From the human T2T-CHM13v2.0 reference genome, Homo sapiens, in the NCBI RefSeq assembly GCF_009914755.1, contig NC_060943.1: 64,000 nucleotides of DNA; one strand, 5' to 3'. A model generated the notes under the pieces. The model ran no database searches. It worked only from the letters and a program-made list of their open reading frames with translations, and was not told the DNA's origin. Shown here one piece after another: positions 40,511-59,679 of this stretch; the first letter of the stretch is position 1, and every line of letters starts with the position of its first letter. The position numbers and the translations under genes were made by a program.

Positions 40511-41841
40511 GGGAAGCCATTATTACATCCCCTATTATGGTTACTCTTGTATTATTATTCCTGAGACAGGGGAGCAGGCCGTATTTACAAAGAATGGTGG
40601 GCGGGGAGGGAGGTCAGGCAAGGCTGTGAATCAGCACGTGAGTTGCAGGTGTAAAATCACAGTCCTTATAGCCTGCCCTGCCAATTGATCTTTGCCAAGC
40701 AATAAAGTATTTCAACAAATGTTGGCTACACTATGGTACATATGGTAGCCATTTGCTCTCTCAACTCAACAGCTAAGCAGCTCCCAACATCTAGGATAGA
40801 ACAATATTTCAGTTTGGGAATGGTGGCTCAGGCCTGTAATCCCAACACTTTGGAGATTAAGGCAGGAGGATCCCTTAAGGTCAGGAATTCAAGACCAGCC
40901 TGGGCAAAACAGTGAGACCCTAGCCCTACAAAAATTAAAAATCAGAAAATTAGCTGGGCGTGGTGGTGTGCTGAGGAGCACCTGCAGTCCCAGCTACTAA
41001 GGAGGCTGAGACAGGAGGATGAACCCAGGAGTCTGAGGCTGCAGTGAGCCGTGATGGCACCACTGCACTCCAACCTGGGCGACAGAGCCTGTCTCTAAAA
41101 ATAAAAAAAGAACAGTGTTTCACCAATTCTCTTAGTCTCAGCTGTCATTTTCTTAAAAAAAATACAATTTTACACACAGCAGATAAGTACACACCTGTAA
41201 AAACCCACTTAGTGTGAATTAAAGGACATTTTAAATGTGCATTAAATGTGAATTAAAGGACATTTTCTAGTGGCTAAGAGTCAACAACAACAAATTAAAT
41301 CAATAAAGTCAACTGACTATAAATGCCAACTCAGAGGCTGGCCTAAAAGAAAATGCCAACTCCATGGCCTGGTGTGAGCAAGCAAAATAACAGCAACAAT
41401 TTGCACCCTGGTGATGGACAACCTTGCCCAGCCCATCAGCAATTGTGGAGCCTGCTCCTCCACTCCAGAAGCCTCGACCCACAGAGAAAGTTTCCAAAGC
41501 CAGCACGGGGGTGCCGCGGGCACAGAGCGTTCTAGTTCTCAGCAAAGAAAAAACTCAAAGGGAAGAACGTTTGCAAGAACATGCGCCTAGGCCAATCGTG
41601 TCTGGGACCCCCCAACCACAAACAGTGCCATTTGTAGGGTGTGGGGGGAATTGAGGGGGACAGTCCATCCCCATAACCGTACAGTCCTGGTTAAACACGC
41701 TCAGTGTGAGGGCCTCATCATCAAGTTTTTTCGTGTTTCATCTTTCCCCTTTGGAGAGTGTGAAATGAGATAGTTTTCTCTTCCACTGGAAAATATAAAA
41801 TTGAAAAGCACGTCCTCTTCAGATTAAGAAAAGCCAGCTGG

Positions 41842-42246
<405 letters not shown>

Positions 42247-42249
42247 CTA

Positions 42250-42417
<168 letters not shown>

Positions 42418-43123
42418 TCACAGAGTGAGACTCTGTCTCAAAAAAAAGAAAGAAAGAAAGAAAGAAAAGCCAGTTTTCTACAGATTGGCGTAATGACAGA
42501 GGCACACTTGTTGATGTCACTTACACAAGAGGAAAGCCCTTTCCTCACCCTCTGATGAGCGGAGGTGAGGAGGTAGCAGGGCCCCAGCCCTGGTGGTGCC
42601 CTGACTGCTGTCACCGGCCAGTGGGCTCGAGCAGGCGGCTCTGGGCCCTGTGCCTGTTTCTTCACCCAAGAGACAAAACGTTCCCTTCTGTCAACTACCC
42701 TCAAAGACAGCTGGAGAGACAGACTGCGCTCCTGGCTGCTGTTCCAAGTACCCAGCCTCCAATCAACAGATATCACCAGCCTACTATGTGCCAGGAGCCC
42801 AGATTTCAGGGGCTGGGAACCCAGCAGGGAGCAGGAAAGACAGAGCTCCTCGACCCTCCCGGAGCCCATGGTGTGGCAATCATAGGACAAAATGGTGGCT
42901 TTGGAGCCCATGGTCTGATTCAGACGCCTGTTCTCCATGGGGGTCTGACCAGTTGTTTTACCTCTCTCCCTCTCAGTTTCCTCATCTAGAAACAAGCACA
43001 GGGACAATGGCACCATTGTTGGTCCCACAACATTCCCTCACTCCTGCATCAGACCTGTGCCCCAAATCTCTCCCCAGGGCCCAGAGCTGCCTGCCTGGGC
43101 CCACTCACTGGTGAGGGCAGTCA

Positions 43124-43446
<323 letters not shown>

Positions 43447-45482
43447 TTACACTCCAGCCTGGGTGACAAAGCGGGACTCCACCTCAAGAAAAAATAAAGT
43501 AAAACAAAGAATCAGGGAAGTGGGACTCTGAGAAGGCAGAGAGGGGGCCAGGAAGCTGTGAAGATGGTGGTGGGAGACAGGGCCTGTGCAAAGGGTGGGG
43601 GCAGGACACTGGTCCACGCAGTGTACAGCCAGTCAGAGAGGCTGCACCCAGCTGCTTCCTCCAGGCCTGTTGGAACAGAGGAGGGAAAAGACAAAAGGAG
43701 GCACAGGCGCCCTCTTCCTCCTGTCCTTTATTCCCAGCCCAGTGGAGGTGATTCATCCCACCGCTGTGGGTGCCACCTGACTTCCACGAGTGTGTCACAC
43801 TATGTCCTAATTTTCTGTGTGCCTGGGTGCCCAGCTGCAGTTGAGCTGACCTGGAGGGTGGGGCTCGGTTTTATTTATCTTGGTCCCAAGACAGCACACA
43901 GTAGCTCAGCAGACAGAATCTCATGGTGCCCCAGCCCCAGAGCTGGTCTTCTTTTTGACTGTACCTAAATGTGGGGTCTCACGTGGCTTGGAGGGTTTCC
44001 TGCAAAGTGATGGGTTTTGACTCAACTGACACAGCCACAGCCCACCAGGCTCTGCCCACCAGGCACTCCCACTGCTGCTGTCCTGGCTCCCTGAAGGTGG
44101 CCTCAACCTGACGGTTGCAGACACTATGCCTGCTTCTTCCCCCTGCTTCCTCTCCCACCTAGACCCTCACCTGTCCAAACAGCTACCCCACATATTCCTT
44201 TCACCCCCAGCCCTTTCTACTCTTCCTGAAACAACCTCAGGCCAGGTTCCTCTTGATCACTTCATGCCCATATCACAGAGACTGTCTCGGAGCTAGAACC
44301 CAGCTCCAAGCACTCCCTGTGTAAGCAGCCAGATCATCTAAAGGTGTCACTCCTCAAGAACCTGCCATAGCTCCCTACTGCCTCTCATAATGTGGCCCAT
44401 GCTACTCTTCCCTCAACAGATGATTGTTGAGCACCTGAGTGCCAGCTGCAGCCTGGCAAACAAGGATGAATAAAACAGGCACAGTCTCTGCCCTTGTGGA
44501 CCTAGTCTAGGTGGTTGGGGAAGACAGACCATCAATCAACCCCGCAAAGAGAAAATTATAAACGGCTAAATGGAAAAGGTGTCCATCTCCACCAGTGGTA
44601 ACAGAGATGCTGGGCCAGTTTGTCAGGAAAGGCTTCCCTGAGGAAGTGATGCCCCAGCTGATATGAAAAGGTGTAGGGATTCACCAGAGGATGAAGGGTT
44701 TGGAAAGAGCATTCCAGAGAGAGGGAATAGCAGATGCAAACGCCTTGAGGCAAGATGAAGGATCGCCTGCGCAGATGACAGAAAGAGGGGCCAGGGGGCC
44801 ACAGAGCAGAGGGAATGAGGACTGCAGGCCTGGGAAACACGGGGAGCAGGTGTGCTGTCAGCTGCCGGTAGCAGCGCCTGATCCAGCCTGGCTGGTGTGC
44901 CCAAGAGGAGGAGAAGTGACTTTATGTCAGCCTGACCTGCAGGCAGTCAGTAAACAGATTCTGTTATCAGGTCTACATTCCACACCACAGGCAGTGCAGA
45001 TGGAAATCCGAGACAAATGTCTGTGGTCATCTGTGACCTTTACTTTCACCCCAAAGCTTGTAGTATCAAGAGCTGGGACTCCTATGAAGGGAAAAGCCCA
45101 AAGAAGCTTTAAGAGCTAATGGTCTGCACTCCATGCAGGAGCAAACTTCAGGGCCACCACTCTGACCAGCGGTAAAACCCAGTCCAGCGCGAAGGACAGT
45201 GGGCAGGTCTCAGCTCCTCAGCCCCCACCAGCCACTGGCCACTCTCTCGGCAAGCAGACATCCTGTCAGTTCGGCCGATTTGTAGCCCAGACACAAACTC
45301 TCACGTCTTATTTACCAAAAGACCTTCCTCCTCTCATCCCTGAGCTGCCTAAATTAAAGGAAGGACATGAACCCCAAAGTCCCAGCCGCATGTTTTGGCC
45401 CTTTGACCTAGACCTGCAGCCTCTCAGCTCTGGCTCAGTCCTCTTTGCCTCCGTGTGAAAGGCTATTCCCCATGGCCTAGAC

Positions 45483-46016
<534 letters not shown>

Positions 46017-46746
46017 GCCTACACCAAACACGCCCTCTCCTCCATACAACCATGTCCAACACCCAAATGGAAGCCAGTCATCTGCCCCTCCTGCAGCTTG
46101 GACCACCCGTGACCTGAGCCTCTGCTGTGGGCCGGGCCTGGACAACTCAATTCTGCATGGGCCAGGAGCACTGATTACCACTCTGGCAGGGAAACCTTTG
46201 GATTCTCCTAAAGACAACTGGCTGGGAGTGGTGGCTCACACCTGTAATCTCAGCGCTTTGGAGGCAGAGGCAGGAGGATCACTTGAGGTCAGGAGTTCGA
46301 AACCAGCCTGGGCAACATAGCAAGATCCTGTCTCTACAAAAAAATTAAAAATTAGCCAGGTGTGGTGTTGCATGCCTGTAGTCTCAGTTCCTTGAGAGGC
46401 TGAGGTGGGAGGCTCACTTGAGGCCAAGAGTCGAGGCTGCAATGAGCTTTGATTGCACCACTGTACTCCAGCGTAGGCAATAGAGCAAGAGCCTGTCTCT
46501 AAAGGAAAAAGGAAGACAATAAGCAGGCCTTTCCATGTCCCTCTCTACCTTTTAATGAGATGAGATTAAAGTAATAAAATAAAAACTCAGACTACATGAT
46601 ATCTAATAACTAGGTATAAAAACAAATGAGGTTAGGAGATGTCATAAACTTAAAAACAAACAAACAAAAAAATAACTTTCCAAGACAAGAAACTATGGTG
46701 CAATGAAGAGGCCTGAACCTGTGTCAGAAAAGCCATGTCTGCCTGA

Positions 46747-47142
<396 letters not shown>

Positions 47143-47501
47143 TGATGTTTTCTTTACTCAGTCCTTCCAGCCTGGTGGTGAGACCTTTCCTGACCTCCAT
47201 CATCAGATCGGAACCTGCCCTGCTCTACTCATCTCACAGCATCAATCCCCACCGAATGCACTACACATTGGGCTCATTTCTTTATATCTGGGCCCCTCCC
47301 AACGATGTCAGCCCCGTGAGGCGGCACTGCCTTCAGATTCACTGTTCCATCCACTGCCCAGAAAGTGTCCAGCAAAAAGAAGATGCCAAATAAATACTCA
47401 CTGAACGAACAGTGTGATCTACAAAAGGCAGGCATGAGGGCCAGGCGCGGTGCCTCCTGCCTGTAATCCCAGCACTTTGGGAGGCTGAGGCAGACAGATC
47501 A

Positions 47502-47783
<282 letters not shown>

Positions 47784-48133
47784 CTACTGTGACAAAGCAG
47801 GTCAAGCGAGTCCACAGTACCATTCTGCAGATGAGAAAACTAAGGTACAGAAAGTATTTGCAGGACTGAGGGCAGTGAAGGAATATCTGGGAATCCAAAC
47901 AAACATCTAAGGACCTAAACATTGAAAAGCAGGCACCACTGCACCTGATGGTGCCTGCTTTTCTTTTCTTTTTTTTTTTTTTGAGACGTAGTGTCACTTT
48001 GTTGCCCAGGCTGGAGTGTGCAGTGGAGTGATCTTGGCTCACTGCAACCTCCGCCTCCTGGGTTCAAGTGATTCTCCTGCCTCAGGGTCCCGAGTGGCCG
48101 GGATTACAGGCGTCCGCCAGGACGCCAGGCTAA

Positions 48134-48280
<147 letters not shown>

Positions 48281-49133
48281 TAAAGTTCAGAATGGAGGTG
48301 GAGGGGTCTTGCCCAGGGAGAATCTATTTAGTCGAAAAAACAACAACAACAACAAAAACAAAAAAAAAACAGGCCAGTGCAGGTCAATAAGTGACAGTCA
48401 GGGAATTCTGGATCTTTCAGGAGTGGATTTTACTCTAAAACTTCGTTCTCATCAATTTAGACTGCATTGCCATTAGCATTCTACTAAGATAGACTAGCAC
48501 TTATTTCAGAGGAAGAAAAGAAACAAGGGACAAGAGGACAAGTAAGTGTCCGAGCCACTCAGCATTCATTCCAGACACACTGGCCGGGTGCTGCTCTGGG
48601 AGAGGTGCCCAGCAGGCCATCTGGAACAGCAGGGCTCTGCGGCAGGAGGACGCAGGTGTGACCTCAGCTCTGCGCCCACCAACTATGAGACTTCAGCAAG
48701 TTACTCTATTTCTGTGGGTCTTGGTTTCCTCACTTGTAAAAGGGGAATAAAAGCCTCCTAGAATGGAGGCACCTACTGAAATACAGCAAAAGCTCCTGGA
48801 TGAAGAACACATAACAAGGGGGAAAGGAGGAAGGTGTAGCTCTTTGGGCCCAGGGCAGTCTCTCCTCATCACTGAGCCCAGTTACCACGCGCTTCCTAGG
48901 TACAGCGGTCACAAAAGGGACCCACGGAAGGTACAAGGGAGAGAACTCTCATTCGGGTGGGGCTAAGGGAGGACAACACAGGGGAGGCCTCAAAGACCGT
49001 CCTTCAGGGCAGGCAGCATACGGCAGGAGCTCACAGTGATGTTCTAGCAACCGGAGCAACACAGCTAAGGATGCTGAGGCTAGAAAGTGTTGCCAAGAGC
49101 CAGAAGTGCAGGAAAGGGACCCAGCAAGGTTAG

Positions 49134-49469
<336 letters not shown>

Positions 49470-49683
49470 TGAGTTCTTTTGGAGGAAGGGGAATGGGAGC
49501 TGTGAAAGGTTTTTGGAACAGGGGAATATGTTTTAGAAGATGAATCCTAGCCAGATGCAGTGGCTGACACCGTAATTCCAATACTTTAGGAGGCTGAGAT
49601 AGAAGGATTGCTTGAGGCTAGGGGTTTAAGACCTGCCTAGGCAGCATAGCAAGACTTCATCTCTTCAAAAAAAAAATTGTTTA

Positions 49684-49842
<159 letters not shown>

Positions 49843-52730
49843 TCAAAAAGATGACTTCCACAGTGGCGTGGGATTAAGTGGGAGGGAGTGGGCAAGTAGG
49901 AAGTAGGATGGCCCAGACCACTTTGGGGCATGGCAAGGAAATGGCCCATTCCAGAGTCCAGCAGGCTGGCAGAGGTGCAGGAGAGAGACACCTTCTGGAC
50001 TCTAGAAGGCAGGTTTGAAGTCCTCTGCACAGAAGCTCCAGGGGAGGGAGCGCACAGAGAGATAAGATGCAGGTAGGGAGGCTGAAATTAGGGGACAAGA
50101 AGGAGAGACTGAAAGGAGAGAGGATGAAGAGTGAAGACCGACGGGCTCCAGTGTTGCGGAGTTCGAGGAGGATCGGCTGCAGCCACAGGGCACCGGGGTT
50201 AAGGACGGAGGGGCCACCGGTAACCTCGGGGAGTACAAGGAGGAAAGAGATCTGGATGCATTTCCACGGAAGGCTTTTTGGAAAGCAGAAGAGAGCTGAG
50301 CAGGGGGACAGGGAGACACACAAATCACTGAGATGCTGTTGGGAAAAAAAAATCACTCCTAAAGAGGCAGAGGTGCAGACCTTTCGAATTTACGTTGATA
50401 TTCAGGGTCAGAAAAGAGTATATAAGGAAGGAGATTCTGAGATGATGTCATGGAGTACAGAACAGACTGAAAAAGATGCTGATGGGAAAAGTGCAGACAG
50501 GAGTCGGGGTGGAGAAAACACACCCCTCCTCCCCTAGGCTAGCCCGCTGGGTTATCCACTTTGCTCACCTTCACCTGGCCATCTGCTTGCCAAGTGTGCT
50601 CTGTCACCTAAATCCAACCAGATCACAGCCACCTGCTGCAGGGTGCTTCCCTTTTGCCCCCAACCAAAAATTTTGGAATTATACCCTTGGTTCCCCCAGA
50701 GTTATCTGTGAACCCAAGTGATCTCCTGAGCTAGACAGTAAGGGCCTGGGAGGGCCATGCCTCACACCTGGGCCAACAGTAACCCATGGTGTAGATTTTC
50801 ACTCGAGAGCAAGTGTAAAGAAGTGCTGACATTTCCAAACGAAGAAAACCAGGCCACGCCTTCATTCAACAAATGTATAGGGAAAGGAACAGGAAGAGGC
50901 TAAGAAGTCAGTGACCTGGCCAGGCGCAGTGGCTAACGCCTGTAATCCCAGCACTTTGGGAGGCCAAGGCGGGTGGATCACTCGAGTTCAGGAGTTTGAC
51001 ACGAGCCTCGCCAAAATGGTGAAACCCCGTCTCCACTAAAAAAAAAATACAAAAATTAGCCGGGTGTGGTAGCACGTGCCTGTAGTCCCAGCTACTCAGG
51101 AGGCTGAGGCAGGAGAATCACTTGAACTCGGGAGGCGGAGGTTACAGTGAGCTGAGATCATGCCACTGCACTCCACCCTGGGTGACAGAGCAATACTCCA
51201 TCTCAAAAAAAAAAAAATTGGACAGGAAGTTTTAGAAAGATCCACGCCTCCCAAACTGGGAGTGCTTAGTGCTTTCTCATGAAATGATCTTAGGTGATTT
51301 TCCCCCGACTCCCGCCTTCCCCGCCCCCCACCCCCTGACTACATACTCTAAACTGTAGCACTTAGCTATTAACACCTATTATCGGTAGGACACTTAACAG
51401 TTTACAGAGCACTTTCATGTCAGTAACAAGAACTTGCTAATTAATAATCACCGGGTTTTAGCACTGTTAACTTAGTGACAGTGTTGCAAATTGGCTAGCT
51501 GTGCACTTCTCTCTCCTTGGATCAGCTAACCAGTCATGCAAGCATGCAACCGGCCTATCAACTCTCTTTGGGTTTGGAATTCTTAATTGCTGCGGTCTCT
51601 ACTCCCAAACGTCCAAATCTGGCAGAGATTAAATGATGACAGTAATTATAGGATCACTGAGTGCCTCTCATATGCTAGGCACTGTTCTAAGCGCTTTTTC
51701 ACGTGCTTAATTTTCACATAATCCCAACACATTTTTATATCTCCATTTTCCAAAGGAAGCAACTGATGGGTGGAATGGCTAAGAGCTTCAACCAAAGGCA
51801 CAGAGAAATCGGGGCTGGAGCCAAGATTTGAACACATGATCTGACCCTGTGTCCTCACTCTTAATCACCATGCTGTGCTAGATCATTCTAGCAAAATGCT
51901 TATATGGTGCTTTGCACAACACAGGTATTCAGCAAATAAAGGCAGCTGTGATTAGCATAACACAGGTAGTTTCTAGTTCCCACGAGTGTCACCTCCAGGA
52001 AAGCAGCGACCTTGTCTGTCTGGAAGAATGCAGCGCTCCCAGCACCTGACCCAACGCACATTTGAGGGATGGATAGAAAATGAATGAATGAAAGTCTCTC
52101 CCAAATAACAGAGCTGCCTACGCATGGCTCTTTTTCGCATGTCTGTGTCGCGCTATCGATACTGCCCCTTCATAAGCGCATCAGGCGAATTTGAGGACAC
52201 AGAGAGGCGCCCGGAGACGTACGATCTGCGCCCGGTGCAGGGGTGGCGGAAGCAGCTTCCAAGGAGGCAGGGGATCAGTCTGAGATCGCACTGCTGCTGA
52301 CGGGTCCGGGCTCCGGCGGGACCCTGCCCGCCCGGGCGCCGGGACCGGAGGGAGACAAAGACTCGCTGGGCCGCCGCGCCGACAGAAACGCTCGCACCCC
52401 TCGCCCACCCCTCCGGGATGCAGCCCAGCGCCTCCGCGGGTCCCCGGCCTGGGAGCTTCAGCGGCGGCAGGGTCCGGGCCCTGGGCGGAGAGGACACGCG
52501 CTGCGCACCTCCTCGCCTCGCCGGTGCCCGCGAGGGTCGCTCGGGCACGGGAGGCCGCGGGTCCCGGCCTGTCACCTTCAGGGCCGCCTGCCCACCCGCC
52601 CGCCGCAAGCCCTTCAGCACGCGCCGCCCCCGCCGCCGCCTGGCTGAGTCTCCCAGCGCCTCAGCCTCGCCGCACCGCTCGCCTCGCGCCCCGCACCCCG
52701 GCGCCGCCCCCAGGCCCGCCCGGCCCGTAC

Positions 52731-52763
52731 CTGCTGGGAGAGGGGGATGAGCGGCGCCGCCAT
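52731..52763 (-). CDS. EPS15L1: EPS15L1 coding exon 1 (MAAPLIPLSQQ)
   Basis: ATG at 52763 in context GGGAAGATGGCGGCG inside a CpG island; 33 nt then donor CAG|gtacgg; matches the EPS15R N-terminus as I recall it. Confidence 0.96.
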
Positions 52764-52767
52764 CTTC
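52756..52767 (-). promoter_or_regulatory. TISU / YY1 element overlapping the start codon
   Basis: GAAGATGGCGGC is an exact match to the TISU consensus SAASATGGCGGC. Confidence 0.65.
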
Positions 52768-53221
52768 CCGCGGACTCGGGCTCCGAGCGCCTGGGGAACG
52801 GGGGCGGGGCTGCAGCCACGCGTGCGCACTGGGACGACGGGAGGGCGGTGCGCAGGCCGCCTGTCCCGGGAGAGGGCGGGGCCGTAGACAGGGCCACGCA
52901 TGTGCAGTCAGGCCGGGAGGGGCGGGGGCAGGGGCGGGGCCGCACACACGCAGCCTGGAGGGGCTGGGCCTGAGGCATCTGCGTCTTCCGTGCTCTCTTG
53001 CCCGTTCCCCTACTCCTCCTTCCAACGTTGTTCGGACTCTCATGCCGCTGGCCGCTGTCCGAGTCGACCATGCTGTGTCATCCCTCCAGCCCATGCCGAG
53101 GCCTGGTTCTCTGTTAGGGATGCCGTCCCCCTGCCAGTGCGCCTGGGGAGGCGGTCGCCCACCCCGCGGAGGGTCGGGACCCTCACCCTGCCCCGCAAAG
53201 CGCCCTGTTCCTAGGATCGCA

Positions 53222-53253
<32 letters not shown>
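53222..53253. repeat. (GT)n microsatellite followed by GCGCGC
   Basis: About 13 GT units at the upstream edge of the CpG island. Confidence 0.97.
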
Positions 53254-53474
53254 TAATTTGGGGGACCCGCACCCTGCCCCCCTCACCCTGCCCCGCAAGG
53301 CGTCCTCCTGGCTGTGGTGGCGGGCACCTGAAATCCAAGCTACTCAGGAGACTGAGGCAGGAGAATTGCTTGAGCCCAGGAAGCAGAGGTTTCAGTGAGC
53401 CAAGATCACACCATTGCAATCCAGCCTGGGCAACAGAAGCGAAACTCTGTCTCAAAAATAAATAAATAAATAAG

Positions 53475-53950
53475 ACAAGAACCCACTTGTTGCCAGGTAC
53501 AGTGGCTTACACCTGTAATCCCAGCACTTTGGGAGGCCGAGGTGGGAGGGTCATGAGGTCAGGAGTTGGAGACCAGCCTGGCCAGTATGGTGAAACATCA
53601 ATATGGTGAAACCCCATCTCTACTAAAAAAAATACAAAAATTAGCAGGTGTGGTGGTGCATGCCTGTAGTCCCAGCTACTCAGGAGGCTGAGGCCAGAGA
53701 ATCACTTGAACCCGGGAGGTGGAGGTTGCGGTGAGCCAAGATTGCACCACTGCACTCCAGCCTGGGTGACAGAGTGAGACTCTGTCTCAAAACAAAGTCA
53801 AAAACAAAAAGAACCCACTTGTAACTGTTGCTAATCAAAGCATACATTCAGGGCAACTTGAATCTGTGTCTCCTGGACTGCGGTCCTCAACCTTGGCCCA
53901 AACTCTCTACTTATATTAACTTTGCCTCAGCTTCTTTTGTTACATCAATA
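53475..53950 (+). mobile_element. MER31-like ERV1 LTR 3' fragment split by an Alu
   Basis: CAGGGCAACTTGAATCT...CCTCAACCTTGGCCCAAA...TTTGCCTCAG; Alu TSD AAGAACCCACTTG. Confidence 0.6.
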
Positions 53951-54477
53951 GAGTAATGAAGGTTTTTAACAGTCTTGAGTGCTTTATCAGTACGTATTCC
54001 ATAAGGAAAAGAGAAGTCCTTCTAGGTACTTCAAACAGAGGATATTGAATACAGGGGATTGAGCCAGGCTCTGTGGCTCACACTTGTAATCCCAGCAATC
54101 CAGTTGAGACAGGTAGATTGATACCAGCCTGGCCAACATGGAGAAACCCCATCTTTACTAAAAATACAAAAATTAACCCAGTGCAGTGGCAGGTGCCTGT
54201 AATCCCAGCTACTCAGGAGGCTGAGGCAGGAGAATTGCTTGAACCTGGGAGGGGAAGGTTGCAATAAGCTGAGAACTCACCATTGCACTCCAACCTAGGT
54301 GACAGAGCGAGACTCTGTCTAAAAAATAAATAAATAAAAATAAATGAATACATAAACGACTACAGGGGACTGAGTATAAAAGTGTTGGAAGTACTGGAAG
54401 AACAAAAGAGGAAGGTAAGTTTACCTAAAGATTCATAACTATATGAGGCTGCTAGCCTCTCTAGAGCTGAAAGATTA

Positions 54478-54771
<294 letters not shown>

Positions 54772-55103
54772 TCAAAATAAATAAATAAATAAAGCACAGG
54801 AGGACCCATAACCCACAATCACTGTGCCTACAGAAGGATCCCAGATGTGTTCACCCTTGCTAGCCACAGTTGCCTCCACCATGATTGCGAAAGTCACAGT
54901 TGTTGTTGTCACCACCACCTAAGCCACTGGCAGAAGTCTGAAAAAATGGTTTCTCCCCTCTTTCTGCCTCCCAACTTTGTTCTAATAAAGCATGACAGGA
55001 ACGTTGCCAATTGGCAACGGCGTCCAGGAAATGTAGCATGCAGGCTTTAAGTGCCAGTATCAGAGTCTAGAATGGTGGTGGCCATAGAAACTCTCCAGCA
55101 TCA

Positions 55104-56300
<1,197 letters not shown>

Positions 56301-56349
56301 GTGGAGTTCCAGTGATCCCTGCCACTTCTCACAATCAGACCCTTTGTAC

Positions 56350-57489
<1,140 letters not shown>

Positions 57490-57630
57490 CAGCTACCTGA
57501 TTTATGAATTGTTCTTTGCTCAGTTACACTCCATGAAATTTAATATGTCCAGAGTTTTTCCTCTAACAAAGTTTAAAGTGAAGTTAACTAGAATGAAATA
57601 AGATTAAAAAGTCATTTCTTGGTCCCACTA

Positions 57631-58030
<400 letters not shown>

Positions 58031-58074
58031 TCACCGTTTTTTGTCTTGTTAGCTCCACTTTATTTTATTTTTAG

Positions 58075-58295
<221 letters not shown>

Positions 58296-58714
58296 TGACC
58301 CTCCCTCCTTGACCCCCCAGATAGCTGGGATTACAGGCACAAGCCACTACACCTGGCCTGACTCACCTTTGTACACTAATTGGTACCAGCACTTTCTCTC
58401 CAGGTCTGCCTCTGATTCTTTTCACACTACTCACCCTGTTCAGAGGTGAAAGAGGTAGGCAATGTTTGCCACCCTTGCATTAGGAGGAAGGGAGTCTTTA
58501 GTTTCTCAGAGTAATAATCAATCCCTAATAATTGGTGAAGGTTGATGTAGCCACCATCAGAAAAAATCCAGGTGCAAAGGTCTGCCAACATTGACCAGAG
58601 TGAGAGCAAAATTCTGCAGAACTTCACTTCCCAGCCAGGCTTTTGAAACTGATCAACTTTCTTTTTTTTCTTTTCTTCTTTCTTTCTCTTTTTTTTTTTT
58701 TTTTTCTGAGGTAG

Positions 58715-58909
<195 letters not shown>

Positions 58910-59289
58910 TGAACTCCTGGACTCAAGCAATTTACACACCTCAGTCTCCCAAAGTGCTGGGATTACAGGTGTGAGCTACTGCACCCGGCCCACACTGGTC
59001 AACTCTCAATATTCTGTATATAAATTCCAATTTATTTGGCTTATTCATAACATCACTAGATTCCAAATTTCTGGTGTCACAAATTTGATTATTTTCATCA
59101 TGAGTTTCAGTATGATTATGGGCCTCTTCCAGAAGAAGACTGGGCCAGGAGCAGTGGCTCACACCTGTAAGCCCAGAGCTTTGAGAGGCCAAGGTGGGAG
59201 GATGGCTTGAGTCCAGGAGTTCAGGACCAGCCTGGGCAACATGTGAGACTCCCATCCCTATAAAAATTAAATTAAAAAACAAAAAATAT

Positions 59290-59669
59290 GGCTGGCTGCA
59301 GTGGTTCATGCCTATAATCCCAGCACTTTGGGAGACCAAGGCAGGCGGATCACGAGGTCAAGAGATCAAGACCATCCTGGCTAACACAGTGAAACCCCAT
59401 CTCTACTTAAAATACAAAAAGTTAACCGGGTGTGGTGGCGGGCGCCTGTAGTCCCAGCTACTGAGGAGGTTGAGGCTGCCTCCAGCCTCAGCCTGAAGTA
59501 CCTGGGACTACAGGTGCGCACCACCACATCCAGCTACTTTTTGTATTTTTAGTAGAGACGGGTTTTCACTGTGTTGGCCAGGCTGGTCTTGAACTCTGGG
59601 CTCAAGTGATCCGCCCACCTCAGCCTCCCAAAGTGATGGGATTATAGGCGTGAGGCACACTGCCTGGTC
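59290..59669. repeat. Spacerless inverted pair of 3'-truncated Alus
   Basis: A + strand Alu and a - strand Alu meet at GAGGC-T-GCCTC (centre 59477). Confidence 0.88.
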
Positions 59670-59673
59670 AACT

Positions 59674-59679
59674 TTTATT
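59674..59679 (-). terminator. Candidate CALR3 polyadenylation signal (AATAAA)
   Basis: First canonical hexamer on the minus strand after the stop codon, about 270 nt downstream; whether it is used is not shown by the sequence. Confidence 0.35.

Larger units (their letters stand above)
52130..53220. promoter_or_regulatory. CpG island / TATA-less promoter of EPS15L1
   Basis: Very high GC and CpG density around exon 1; several GGGGCGGGG GC boxes (about 52800-52940); NRF1-like CGCGTGCGCA near 52820. Confidence 0.92.

Noticed and set aside
50067-50537. 156-aa plus-strand ORF in intron 1
   Set aside because: Purine-rich, probably decayed ancient repeat sequence; no recognisable domain or exon support
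52153-53298. 381-aa minus-strand ORF and overlapping ORFs across the CpG island
   Set aside because: Arg/Gly/Pro/Ala-rich stop-poor GC sequence that includes a translated (CA)n repeat; no domain; the real coding part is the 33-nt exon 1 in another frame
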